A stretch of DNA of 39,996 bases, taken from the IMG/VR virus record IMGVR_UViG_3300034523_000094, positions 1 through 39,996 of that record, one strand, 5' to 3'. Numbering within the stretch: position 1 is the stretch's first letter; every line of letters starts with the position of its first letter. Under the pieces are notes generated by a model that searched no databases, had not been told where the DNA came from, and saw nothing but the letters and a program-made list of their open reading frames with translations. This stretch comes from a virus. Shown one piece after another: positions 9,180 to 17,293 of the stretch. Position numbers and translations under genes: made by a program.

Positions 9180-9508
9180 TCGGCATCGACCGCGACACCG
9201 GCGCCACCGTCGACGACTGGCCCGCCTTCGTGCAGCGCGCGACCCGCGCCCTGACGACCCCGCTCGGCACCCGCCAGAAGCGCCCGCTGTACGGCTGCCG
9301 CCTGCCCACCAGGCTGGGCAAGAACCTCGGCGATCGCCTGCTGATCCTCGCGCAGGCCGACGCGGCCGAGGCCTTTTACAACGAGGCGAACGGCATCGGC
9401 GAGTTCGTGCCGGAGGCGATCGTCGCCACCCGCGAGGGCGCCGGCCTGCGGCTGCGCCTGGCCGGTACATGGCACAACCGAAAAATGACGTTTGAGGTGG
9501 TCACGTGA
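9176..9508 (+). CDS. Baseplate wedge protein, GPW/gp25 family
   Basis: 110 aa, in the P2 gpW position between V and J. Its start overlaps the previous gene (ATGA). Confidence 0.75.
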   Translation: MIGIDRDTGATVDDWPAFVQRATRALTTPLGTRQKRPLYGCRLPTRLGKNLGDRLLILAQADAAEAFYNEANGIGEFVPEAIVATREGAGLRLRLAGTWHNRKMTFEVVT

Positions 9509-10506
9509 GCATGCTTATTCCGGGGCTCAACCAGCTGGCCGAGCCCGAGATCGTCAAGGTCGAAACCTTCGAGACGCTGCTCGCCGAGTTCAAGGCCGAG
9601 GTGCTGGCCTATGTGCAGGCCCGCGACCCCGAGAAGGCCGCACGCCTGGCCGAGGCGCTGGAGAACGACAGCGACCTGCTGGCCATGATCCTGCAGGCCT
9701 TCACGCTGCGCCTGCAGAGCCACGAGCGAAAATACAACGCGCGAATCAAGCAAATGCTGGCCTGGTGGGCAGAGGGCTCGAACCTCGACGCCCGCGCCGC
9801 CGACATGGGCCTCGAGCGCCGCGTCGTCACCCCCGGCGACCCCGACGCCTTCCCGCCGGTACCCGCTGAGGTCGAGCTGGACGAGGATCTGCGCCTGCGC
9901 TACTACCTGGCGCCTCACGCGCCGGCCGCTGGCTCGAGGCTGCACTACCGCCGCGAGGCGCTGACCCTCGGCGACCGCGCCGCCGTATCGATCACTGCCC
10001 CCGAGCCCGGCACCGTGGTGGTTACGTACACCCTGCAGCCCGACGCCCTCGCCGCACAGGTGAAGGACGTCCGCCCCGTGCGCACAGCACCCGGTGTCGT
10101 CACGGTGTGGGTGCTTAGCCGCGCCGCTCGCGGCGAGCCGAGCGAGGCCCTGCTCGACGCCCAGCGCGCCCACTTCGCGCGCGAGGACGTTTCGCCCGAG
10201 ACGGACACGGTCGACATTCGCCCGGCAGTCATCGTCGGGTACCAGATCCGCGCCACCGCCTACATCAACCCCGGCCCTGACGCCGAGATCACACAGCGGT
10301 CGGCTGTCAGCGCCCTGGCTGAATACGCCGCCGCGCAGCATCGCCTGAAAGGGTACGTCGACCCTGATCACATTCGCGCCCGCCTGATCGGCGCCGGCGC
10401 GGTGCGCCTGGATCTGCTCGAGCCCTTGGCGCCCATCGCCTGCAGCGATGGCGAGGCCCCTTTCTGCGACTCGATCGCGATTGATATCAAGGTGCTGAGC
10501 CCATGA
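9505..10506 (+). CDS. Baseplate protein J
   Basis: Collinear similarity to remembered P2 gpJ (LNQLAEPEIV..., VSITAPEPGTVVVTY, EDVSPETDTVDIRPAVIVGYQIRATAYINPGPD, AAQHRLKG). GTG at 9505 or ATG at 9511. Confidence 0.85.
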   Translation: MSMLIPGLNQLAEPEIVKVETFETLLAEFKAEVLAYVQARDPEKAARLAEALENDSDLLAMILQAFTLRLQSHERKYNARIKQMLAWWAEGSNLDARAADMGLERRVVTPGDPDAFPPVPAEVELDEDLRLRYYLAPHAPAAGSRLHYRREALTLGDRAAVSITAPEPGTVVVTYTLQPDALAAQVKDVRPVRTAPGVVTVWVLSRAARGEPSEALLDAQRAHFAREDVSPETDTVDIRPAVIVGYQIRATAYINPGPDAEITQRSAVSALAEYAAAQHRLKGYVDPDHIRARLIGAGAVRLDLLEPLAPIACSDGEAPFCDSIAIDIKVLSP

Positions 10507-11612
10507 CTCTATTGCCGGCCAACAGCTCGCTGCTCGAGCTCGCTCTCGACACGGTCGCGGGCGAGCTGATCGACCGCATCGCCCCGCCGTTCCCGGCGCT
10601 GATGAATGCCGCCGAGACGCCGGCCGAGTTCCTGCCGTATCTCGCCGCCGACCGCGGCATCACTCACTGGCCCGCCACGGCCCCGGAGGCGCAGAAGCGC
10701 GCCGCCGTGGCGGGCGCGTGGGAGGTCAAGCGCCTCGCCGGAACTCGTCACGCGATCAAGCGCGCACTGGCAGCGGCAGGCTATGACGTGCTGTCGATCG
10801 AGGGCGGCACCGCCTACCAGCGCGCCTGGCAGGCGCTTGGCGGACTGACGCTTGACGGCAGCTGGCAACTGGACGGCACGCCGACGCTCACCCCGCCGGA
10901 CGGCAGTGCGACCCTGATGCGCGCGACGCCGCTCGACCACTGGTCGAAGTACGCCATTCACATCAACACCGCCGACGGCGCCTGGTCACGCGAGCAGCAG
11001 AGCAAGATCCGCGCGCTGGCCGAGGAGCATGGGCCGCTGCGTAGCGAGCTGGTGGCAATTGTCGCGGCCATCCGCGCCCACCTCGGCCGCCCCGTCCGCG
11101 CCACCCGCCTTGCTCAACAAGTCCGCATCCGCCTCGCCAAATGCCAGCGCGTGCAACCCCTTCAGCGCCGCACGCTCGACGGCTGCTGGTCGCTGGGCGG
11201 CGAGACCGCGCCGCGGCACCTGGACGGCACGCAGCAGCTCGACGGCAGCACTCGGCTCGACGGCCTGCGCCTGGTCGGCAGCTGGTCGTGGGCAGAGGGG
11301 CACGCCCGCATGGGTCAGCGCCTGCGCCTGCAGCTGCGCGCCACCGTCGGTACCGGCTCGCCGGCTCAGCCGGCGGACCTCGCGCCGCGCTACCTGCCGC
11401 TCGACGGCAGCGCCCGGCTTGACTCGCTCACGCTCGGCGGCTGGCCGCTCGACGAAGGCATCACCCTCGGCGATGCCGCGCTCGACCGCCTCGGCCTGCA
11501 CAAGCTCGACGGCACCTGGCAGCTCGGCGCCCGGCCTTCCGCGCCGCGCGTGCGCGCCCGCATCACCGCTCGCATCCGCCAGCACGGCACAACTCAGCAG
11601 GTAGCCCTATGA
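10503..11612 (+). CDS. Tail protein I (P2 gpI-like) with a C-terminal extension containing LDG repeats
   Basis: The N-terminus LLPANSSLLELALD...EFLPYLAADRGI is the gpI signature. The C-terminal half carries repeated LDGxWxLxG motifs. Confidence 0.75.
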   Translation: MTLLPANSSLLELALDTVAGELIDRIAPPFPALMNAAETPAEFLPYLAADRGITHWPATAPEAQKRAAVAGAWEVKRLAGTRHAIKRALAAAGYDVLSIEGGTAYQRAWQALGGLTLDGSWQLDGTPTLTPPDGSATLMRATPLDHWSKYAIHINTADGAWSREQQSKIRALAEEHGPLRSELVAIVAAIRAHLGRPVRATRLAQQVRIRLAKCQRVQPLQRRTLDGCWSLGGETAPRHLDGTQQLDGSTRLDGLRLVGSWSWAEGHARMGQRLRLQLRATVGTGSPAQPADLAPRYLPLDGSARLDSLTLGGWPLDEGITLGDAALDRLGLHKLDGTWQLGARPSAPRVRARITARIRQHGTTQQVAL

Positions 11613-11968
11613 CGTCACCCATCCTTACCACCACGGCCTACCGCAGCCACATCGCCCTCGCTGCCGCGACCGGCTCGGCGCTGTCGCCCATCGCCTACCT
11701 CGCGTTCGGCGAAGGCACCCGCGCCTATTCGCCCGACGAAGACACCGCCCTCGAGGCCGAGGTGCTGCGCCTTCCGGCCACTGCCACCTCGGCCGGCCCG
11801 GAGGTCACCGCCTCGGCCACGCTGCCGGGCAGCGCGGTCAGCGGCAAGACCATCACCGAGGTCGGCGCCTTCACCGCCTCCGGCGTGCTGGTCGCCCGTA
11901 AAAAAATCGCCCCCATCGAGCTCGAGCCCTACGGCGAGATGGACTTCGACATCGTCTTCGAATACTGA
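11609..11968 (+). CDS. Tail-collar fibre N-terminal domain protein (like the N-terminus of P2 gpH), encoded as a separate ORF
   Basis: ILTTTAYRSHIALAAATGSALSPIAYLAFGEG resembles the P2 gpH N-terminus VITTAGAAKLAAATAPG...MAVGDGGG. Confidence 0.55.
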   Translation: MTSPILTTTAYRSHIALAAATGSALSPIAYLAFGEGTRAYSPDEDTALEAEVLRLPATATSAGPEVTASATLPGSAVSGKTITEVGAFTASGVLVARKKIAPIELEPYGEMDFDIVFEY

Positions 11969-11979
11969 GGAGTAACCCC

Positions 11980-14547
11980 ATGCCCCTGACCCCCAGCGCC
12001 AACCCGCAGCTGAGCGAAAGCATCCCCCAGCTGACCACCAACAGCGTCGCGCACCCGGACACCTGGAACCCGGTGCACCAGGCGCTGCTGGATAACGACG
12101 CCTACCTCGCGCGCGTGCTCGAAGAAACCGGCGCGACGCTTGGCGAGCAGGTCGCCACCCTCGATCAGCGTCTTGACGGCGTAGAGGCCACCAGCTCAGT
12201 GGCCGTGCAGCGCGCCGTCAGCCTCGACTGGCTGTACCGCGGCAACGCGATCAACTTCGAGATGTTCACCCCCGGTTATACGTTGATCGATATCGATCCG
12301 GTGGCCGTGGTGCAGGGCATAAATGGGGATGACTCGCTCGACGTCGCCGACACCAGCGCGCTGCGCGCCGGCGACTACTACGTGCTGACCGATCCCGCCG
12401 CCCTGGACGAAGAGGGCAATCCGGCGCCGGTATCCGCCCTGGTGCAGATCGCCAACATCCTCTCCGGCCAGCGCGTGCGCCTGACCGCCAACCTGGCGCG
12501 TGACTGGAGCGCCACCGCCACGCTGTCGCGCTCCAGCCTCGCAGTACAGGGCGCTGCGCTGGCCCGCGGCGAGGTCGGCGATATCTACCTGACCAAGGCG
12601 ATCAACATCGGCACCGACAGCGACGGTGGCGCCGTGGTGATTCGCCGCTCGCTCAGTGCTGCCGAGGCACGGCTCTACTACCGCGATGCCTACCAGGGCA
12701 CATGGAAGGAGTGCGGCTGGTCCATGCGCCGCAGCGGTGGCAGCATCCCGGCCGGCATGGCGGACTACGAATACATCCTGCCGATGCGCGGCGACGGCTG
12801 GTTGCGGCTGGACATTGAGGGTGAGGCGCTGACCCTCTCGCACATCGTCGCCCTGGGCACGCCCACCGGCCTCGGCGGCTTCCTCAACCCGGAGCTGGCC
12901 CCAAGCACACCGGCCATCGCCTCGCCGGCGGACGCCTCGGTCGGCATCATGGAGCGCCCGACGCTGGCCCTGGACAACTACACCAGCCCCGCCGGCAATG
13001 CCCAGCAGGCCGTGCAGTTCCAGATCTCGACCGACGCCCTGTTCGCCACCGTGCTGCACGACTCCGGTGCCCTGGGCTCCGGCCTGTCGTACCGCGTCCC
13101 GGCTGAGGTGCTGCAGGCCGGCAATACCTACTACCTGCGCGGTCGCGTCCAGGACGTCGCCGGCCTCTGGTCCGACTGGTCCGCCGTGACCAGCTTCGCC
13201 ACCGCTGCCGATTTCATCTACGTGGTCGCGCCGACCGTCACCGGCCCGGTCAGCAATGCGCTGGACGTACCCGAGCAGCCAACGCTGGCCAGCTCCTCGT
13301 TCACCGTCTCCGGCGGCGAAGACACGCACGCCGCCAGCCAGTGGCAAATCCGCACTGCCGGCGGCACCTTCAGCGCCCCGGTCTGGGACAGCGGCACCGA
13401 TGCGGTAAACCTGCTGACAGCGGTGGTCCCGGCGGGCGTGCTGCAAGCGGGCGAAACCGGCTACTACGTGCGCGTGCGCCACCAGGGCGTCACCAAGGGC
13501 TGGTCGGAATGGTCCGGCGAGAGCAAGTTCACCACCAAGGCCGCGTTCGCCACCATCGTGGGCATCGCGCTGCTGTCGACCGGCGGCGGCTCCGGCACCT
13601 GGGCGCGCATCGACGAGAACGGCGCCACCAAGGTGACCGACTCGGCATTCTTCAGCAGCCACCAGACCTACGGCCAGATCCAGGACGTCACCATCGACGG
13701 CCAGGCCATGGTCAAGATCCCCGCGTTTTACGTGAAGGCCGGCACCATCGCTGCCGGCCCCAACGCCGGCAAGCGCGCCTGGTGGATCAGCGACCAGCCC
13801 GCCGCGGGCTTCACCCTGCATCCGGCGTTCATGCGCGCCGGCGCGCCCATCGGCCAGTTCTGGGTCGGCAAGTACCAGGGCACGGCGGACGGCACCAAGT
13901 TGGGCTCCAAGCCGGGCGTCACGCCGCTGGTGTCGATCGACTTCCCGACGATGCAGGGTCGCGCCGCCGCGCGGAACGTCTCTGGCGTGTCGGGCTTCCA
14001 GCTGTGGGACTACTACCAGCTCAGCGCCATTCAGCTGCTGGCCATGATCGAGATGGGTGGTGCCAACAGCCAAGCCCTGATCGGTCGCGGCCATGTCGAC
14101 AACTCGCCGTCTGGCGTACAGGTAGTCGACCACCCCACCGTGGCGCAAGCCACCTGGCGCGGCATCGTCGGCCTGTGGGGCAACGTCTGGCAGATGGTCG
14201 ACGGCCTGCGCACCGATGCGGCGAAACGCTACGAGATCTGGGACAAGCACGGCAACAAGGGCTACATCAACACCGGCGCCACCGCCCCGGCCAACGGCTG
14301 GACCGTGAGCCTGTCGGCCAACGCCGGCGCTGATTTCGACCTCGGCCCGTTGTTCGTGCCAGCCACCACCGACAGCGCCGAAGCCAACGGCACCACCGCC
14401 GACCAGAGCTACGCGAACGCCAACTGCGTGGCGTATCACGGTGGCCACTACGGCGTCGGCTCGTACGCCGGCCTGTTCTATCTGTACGTCTCCACCGCCG
14501 CGTCGTACGCGATCCCGTACATCGGCGGCCGCCTCGCAAAGGTGTGA
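11980..14547 (+). CDS. Tail fibre / receptor-binding protein. It has two tandem FN3-like domains and a C-terminal C-type-lectin (FGE-sulfatase-like) domain. It is the DGR target protein.
   Basis: 855 aa. The C-terminus ...CVAYHGGHYGVGSYAGLFYLYVSTAASYAIPYIGGRLAKV is encoded by the variable repeat. The upstream segment WRGIVGLWGNVWQMVDG is typical of Mtd-like and FGE-type CLec domains. Confidence 0.85.
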   Translation: MPLTPSANPQLSESIPQLTTNSVAHPDTWNPVHQALLDNDAYLARVLEETGATLGEQVATLDQRLDGVEATSSVAVQRAVSLDWLYRGNAINFEMFTPGYTLIDIDPVAVVQGINGDDSLDVADTSALRAGDYYVLTDPAALDEEGNPAPVSALVQIANILSGQRVRLTANLARDWSATATLSRSSLAVQGAALARGEVGDIYLTKAINIGTDSDGGAVVIRRSLSAAEARLYYRDAYQGTWKECGWSMRRSGGSIPAGMADYEYILPMRGDGWLRLDIEGEALTLSHIVALGTPTGLGGFLNPELAPSTPAIASPADASVGIMERPTLALDNYTSPAGNAQQAVQFQISTDALFATVLHDSGALGSGLSYRVPAEVLQAGNTYYLRGRVQDVAGLWSDWSAVTSFATAADFIYVVAPTVTGPVSNALDVPEQPTLASSSFTVSGGEDTHAASQWQIRTAGGTFSAPVWDSGTDAVNLLTAVVPAGVLQAGETGYYVRVRHQGVTKGWSEWSGESKFTTKAAFATIVGIALLSTGGGSGTWARIDENGATKVTDSAFFSSHQTYGQIQDVTIDGQAMVKIPAFYVKAGTIAAGPNAGKRAWWISDQPAAGFTLHPAFMRAGAPIGQFWVGKYQGTADGTKLGSKPGVTPLVSIDFPTMQGRAAARNVSGVSGFQLWDYYQLSAIQLLAMIEMGGANSQALIGRGHVDNSPSGVQVVDHPTVAQATWRGIVGLWGNVWQMVDGLRTDAAKRYEIWDKHGNKGYINTGATAPANGWTVSLSANAGADFDLGPLFVPATTDSAEANGTTADQSYANANCVAYHGGHYGVGSYAGLFYLYVSTAASYAIPYIGGRLAKV
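14438..14540 (+). repeat. DGR variable repeat (VR), encoding the last ~35 codons of the tail-fibre gene
   Basis: Hand alignment to 15866..15968 gives 103 bp with 12 differences. Every difference lies at an adenine of the downstream copy. Confidence 0.9.
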
Positions 14548-14574
14548 TGAATCCTGTCACCTGAGTCATGTAAC

Positions 14575-14601
14575 GGGGCCAGCCCGCCGAGCGGGCGCCC
14601 C
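14575..14601 (+). promoter_or_regulatory. GC-rich hairpin 35 nt downstream of the VR: GGGGC(ca)GCCCGC-cga-GCGGGCGCCCC. Candidate DGR target-recognition hairpin and/or terminator.
   Basis: 11 complementary base pairs with a 2-nt bulge and a 3-nt loop, followed only by TTT. Confidence 0.5.
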
Positions 14602-14618
14602 TTTAGGAGTTTTGCAAA

Positions 14619-15191
14619 ATGATGAAGATCGAAAACGCCGTGCTGATCGTGGGCGCTGTCAGCGTCAACCTGCCGCTGCTGGGCACCGATGCGGTGGTGC
14701 GCGCCTGGCGTGTGCCTTCCGAGTACCGTGATAACGGCCTGTTCGTTGCGATTGATCAGCCGGGCCAGCCCGGCGAGGTCCCCGCCTGCGATCCGCAGCA
14801 GGCCGAATACTTGGGCGCGCTGGACTACCCCGCCGCCGAGACCGAAGCGCTGCGCGACGCCAAGGCCCGCAAGCTCGCTGAGATCAACCAGCACTGCGAG
14901 GCCTCGCTCGCCGCCCTGGCGGCGCCGTACCCCGAGGGCGAGGTCAAGAGCTGGCCGCAGCAAGTCAAGGAAGCCGAAGCCCTGGCGCTCGATGCCGATA
15001 CCCCCGTGCCGCTGCTCGATGCCATCGCCGCCGCCCGTGGGCTGACCGTCATCGACCTGGCTGGCCGCGTCGCGGCCAAGATGCAGGCCTACGCCGAGCA
15101 CAGCGGCGCACTGATCGGCCGCCGCCAGGCCGCAGAAGATCAGATCGAGGCCGCCACCACCCCGGCCGAGCTGGAGGGCATCACATGGTGA
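14619..15191 (+). CDS. Tail fibre assembly / chaperone-like protein
   Basis: It lies directly after the fibre gene with an AGGAG RBS. The C-terminal pattern KLAEINQHCEASLAALAAPYPEGEVKSWPQQVKEA resembles phage tail-fibre assembly chaperone domains. Confidence 0.45.
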   Translation: MMKIENAVLIVGAVSVNLPLLGTDAVVRAWRVPSEYRDNGLFVAIDQPGQPGEVPACDPQQAEYLGALDYPAAETEALRDAKARKLAEINQHCEASLAALAAPYPEGEVKSWPQQVKEAEALALDADTPVPLLDAIAAARGLTVIDLAGRVAAKMQAYAEHSGALIGRRQAAEDQIEAATTPAELEGITW

Positions 15192-15493
15192 AGCGCCTGC
15201 GCATGATCGGCCTGTGGCTGCTCTGCGCCCTGGCCGGGATCGTCGCCAGCGCCTGGATGCTGCTGGCCGTACTGGCCGGCAGCGACCGCGCCTGGAAACT
15301 CGCCATCGCGCACGACCAGCTGGCGAACGCCGCGTTCGGCGGCGACGAGGACGAGACCATCAGCTCGCGCGCCGCCAAGGCCGCGAAAGGCGGCGAGCGG
15401 TGGGGCTGCGTGCTCTGCAAGCTGCTCGACAAGCTCGACCCTGGCCACTGCGAACGCAGCATCGAGCACGACGAGGGGAAGCCGCTGCCGTGA
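15185..15493 (+). CDS. Small hypothetical membrane protein lying between the DGR target gene and avd
   Basis: GGAGGG RBS. N-terminal hydrophobic helix IGLWLLCALAGIVASAWMLLAVLAG. Its start overlaps the upstream gene and its stop overlaps avd (GTGA). Confidence 0.5.
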   Translation: MVKRLRMIGLWLLCALAGIVASAWMLLAVLAGSDRAWKLAIAHDQLANAAFGGDEDETISSRAAKAAKGGERWGCVLCKLLDKLDPGHCERSIEHDEGKPLP

Positions 15494-15843
15494 GTGATGC
15501 GCACCTGGTCCTGCTGACCAAGCTCGAGGAGCTGGACGCCTACACGCACACCGTGCTGCACCAGTTCCCGAAACTGGAGCGGCATCTGCTCTGCGCCGAC
15601 CTGCGCGCCACCATCAACCGTCTGCTGCGGCTGACGGTGGTCGCCTGGAAGCGCAAGCAGAAGACCGCCGCGCTGTTCGACCTGGACGTCGAGCTGGAGG
15701 TCTGTCGCGGGCTGATCCGCAAGGCGCACCGCTTGAGCTACATCAGCACCAAGCGCCTCGATGTTTGGATGCGCCACGTCAACGAGATCGGCCGCATCGT
15801 CGGCGCCTGGATCAAGCACGAGGGCGCCGCAACACGCAAATAG
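15490..15843 (+). CDS. avd: DGR accessory variability determinant (Avd)
   Basis: 117-aa basic helical protein. The C-terminal VNEIGRIVGAWIKHEG matches the remembered Bordetella phage bAvd segment IAEVGRILGSWIARV. It sits immediately upstream of the TR. The GTG start is coupled to the upstream stop codon. Confidence 0.8.
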   Translation: MSDAHLVLLTKLEELDAYTHTVLHQFPKLERHLLCADLRATINRLLRLTVVAWKRKQKTAALFDLDVELEVCRGLIRKAHRLSYISTKRLDVWMRHVNEIGRIVGAWIKHEGAATRK

Positions 15844-15855
15844 CAACATTGGGCA

Positions 15856-16134
15856 ATGGCTTATTACGGTGGCAACTACGGCAACGGCTCGAACGCCGGC
15901 CTGTTCTATCTGAACGTCAACAACGCCGCGTCGAACGCGAACACGAACATCGGCGGCCGCCTCGCAAACGATTACCGCCAGAAGGCGCCAGGCTCACGGG
16001 CCGGCGTCCAGTGCGTTTCCTTTGGGGCCTTTGTCCAGACCGTGTTGTCGAAGATTTACAGGGCGTCGCGGCTAGTAGCCTCGGCCAATGCGGCGGCGCC
16101 TGCCCTATCCCTCGCATGAGGTAAGGTTTCTGCT
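15856..16134 (+). ncRNA. Expected non-coding DGR template RNA (TR plus the spacer leading into the RT gene)
   Basis: Inferred from DGR biology: TR plus ~165 nt of spacer precede the RT start. The ORF 15856..16119 here is simply the TR read in frame. Confidence 0.5.
15866..15968 (+). repeat. DGR template repeat (TR)
   Basis: Contains nine AAC codons in the VR reading frame. 91 of 103 positions are identical to the VR, and all 12 mismatches are TR adenines. The last 20 bp, ATCGGCGGCCGCCTCGCAAA, are invariant. Confidence 0.9.
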
Positions 16135-17241
16135 GTGCCTGTTACAACCGCTGGCCTATGGGGCCAGATCACCAGTTTCGAGAATCTTTACGCCGCCTAC
16201 CTGGAAGCCCGGCGCGGCAAGCGCGAGCGCGGCTCGGTGCTGCGCTTCTCTGCCAACGTTGAGGAGAATCTGGTCAACCTGCAGAATCACCTGCTGTGGA
16301 AGAGCTGGCGACCCGGCAAACAGCGCGAATTCGTTGTAAAGGAGCCTAAGCTGCGGCTGATTCAGGCGCCGCCCTTCGCCGATCGCGTCATTCATCACGC
16401 CCTTGTTCGCGTGGTCGAGCCGCTGTTCGAGCGCAAATTCATCCATGACTCCTACGCCTGTCGCGTCGGCAAAGGCACCCAAGCGGCTGTCGCCAGGGCG
16501 CAGCACTTCCTGCGGGTGGCCAAGCGCAACCACGGCGACGGCTGCTACGTACTCAAGGCCGACATCAGCCGCTTCTTTTCCAGCATCCGCCACGCCTCGC
16601 TGCTGCGCGAGATCGAGCGCACCGTGCGCGACCCCGACGCCCTCTGGCTGTGGCGCCAGATCATCGCAGGCTACGGCCACGAAGCTGGCATCGGCTTGCC
16701 GGTCGGTGCGCTGACCAGCCAGCTCGGCGCCAACGTCCTGCTGAACCACCTCGACCACGTTGCGAAGGATCAGCTGGGCATCAAGTATTACGTGCGCTAC
16801 ATGGACGACTTCATCGCCGTACTGCCGAACAAGGCTGCTGCCGCCGAGGCCATGCGCGCGCTATCCGCCACGGCCAACAGCCTATGCCTGGCGATGAACC
16901 CCAAGACCGCGATCCATCCCTGGCAGCGCGGTCTCGACTTCTGTGGCTACCGCATCTGGCCAACCCACATCCTGCCGCGCAAACGCAACATCAAACGCGC
17001 CAAAGCATCGTTCCGGCAGCTGGCCACCCAATACCGCGCCGGCCTGATCGATCAGGAGCACGTTCGCCAACGCGTGAACAGCTTCCTGGCCTACAGCAAG
17101 CACTGCCAGGCGCAGAGGACGGTGGAGGGGGTGCTGGCGGATCTGATTCTTACGCGATCGTCTGGAGGTCTCGATGCTCCTGTTCCTCATGCTCGCGCTT
17201 CGCCGCCGCTGGCAGCGAGCGCACTACCGGCTCCCGCCTGA
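16135..17241 (+). CDS. DGR-type reverse transcriptase
   Basis: Carries the RT motifs: YVLKADISRFFSSI, LPVGALTSQLGANV (the DGR-typical [ILV]GxxxSQ), YVRYMDDFIAV (YMDD), and LDFCGYRI. It is adjacent to the TR. GTG start. Confidence 0.9.
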   Translation: MPVTTAGLWGQITSFENLYAAYLEARRGKRERGSVLRFSANVEENLVNLQNHLLWKSWRPGKQREFVVKEPKLRLIQAPPFADRVIHHALVRVVEPLFERKFIHDSYACRVGKGTQAAVARAQHFLRVAKRNHGDGCYVLKADISRFFSSIRHASLLREIERTVRDPDALWLWRQIIAGYGHEAGIGLPVGALTSQLGANVLLNHLDHVAKDQLGIKYYVRYMDDFIAVLPNKAAAAEAMRALSATANSLCLAMNPKTAIHPWQRGLDFCGYRIWPTHILPRKRNIKRAKASFRQLATQYRAGLIDQEHVRQRVNSFLAYSKHCQAQRTVEGVLADLILTRSSGGLDAPVPHARASPPLAASALPAPA

Positions 17242-17293
17242 CCGATGGCCACCCGGCCACCAGGGCCTGCTGCACACCTACCGCAACCCACCG

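Noticed and set aside
11896-11908. A7 run (CGTAAAAAAATCG) inside the collar-domain gene as a possible frameshift site
   Set aside because: No alternative-frame ORF continues from it, and the zero-frame product ends normally 60 nt later.
15856-16119. 87-aa ORF (MAYYGGNYGNGSNAGLFYLNVNNAASNANTNIGGRLAN...) between avd and the RT gene
   Set aside because: It is the template repeat read in the same frame as the fibre C-terminus. It has no RBS, and its Asn-rich translation just reflects the AAC codons. In DGRs this region acts as RNA, not protein.
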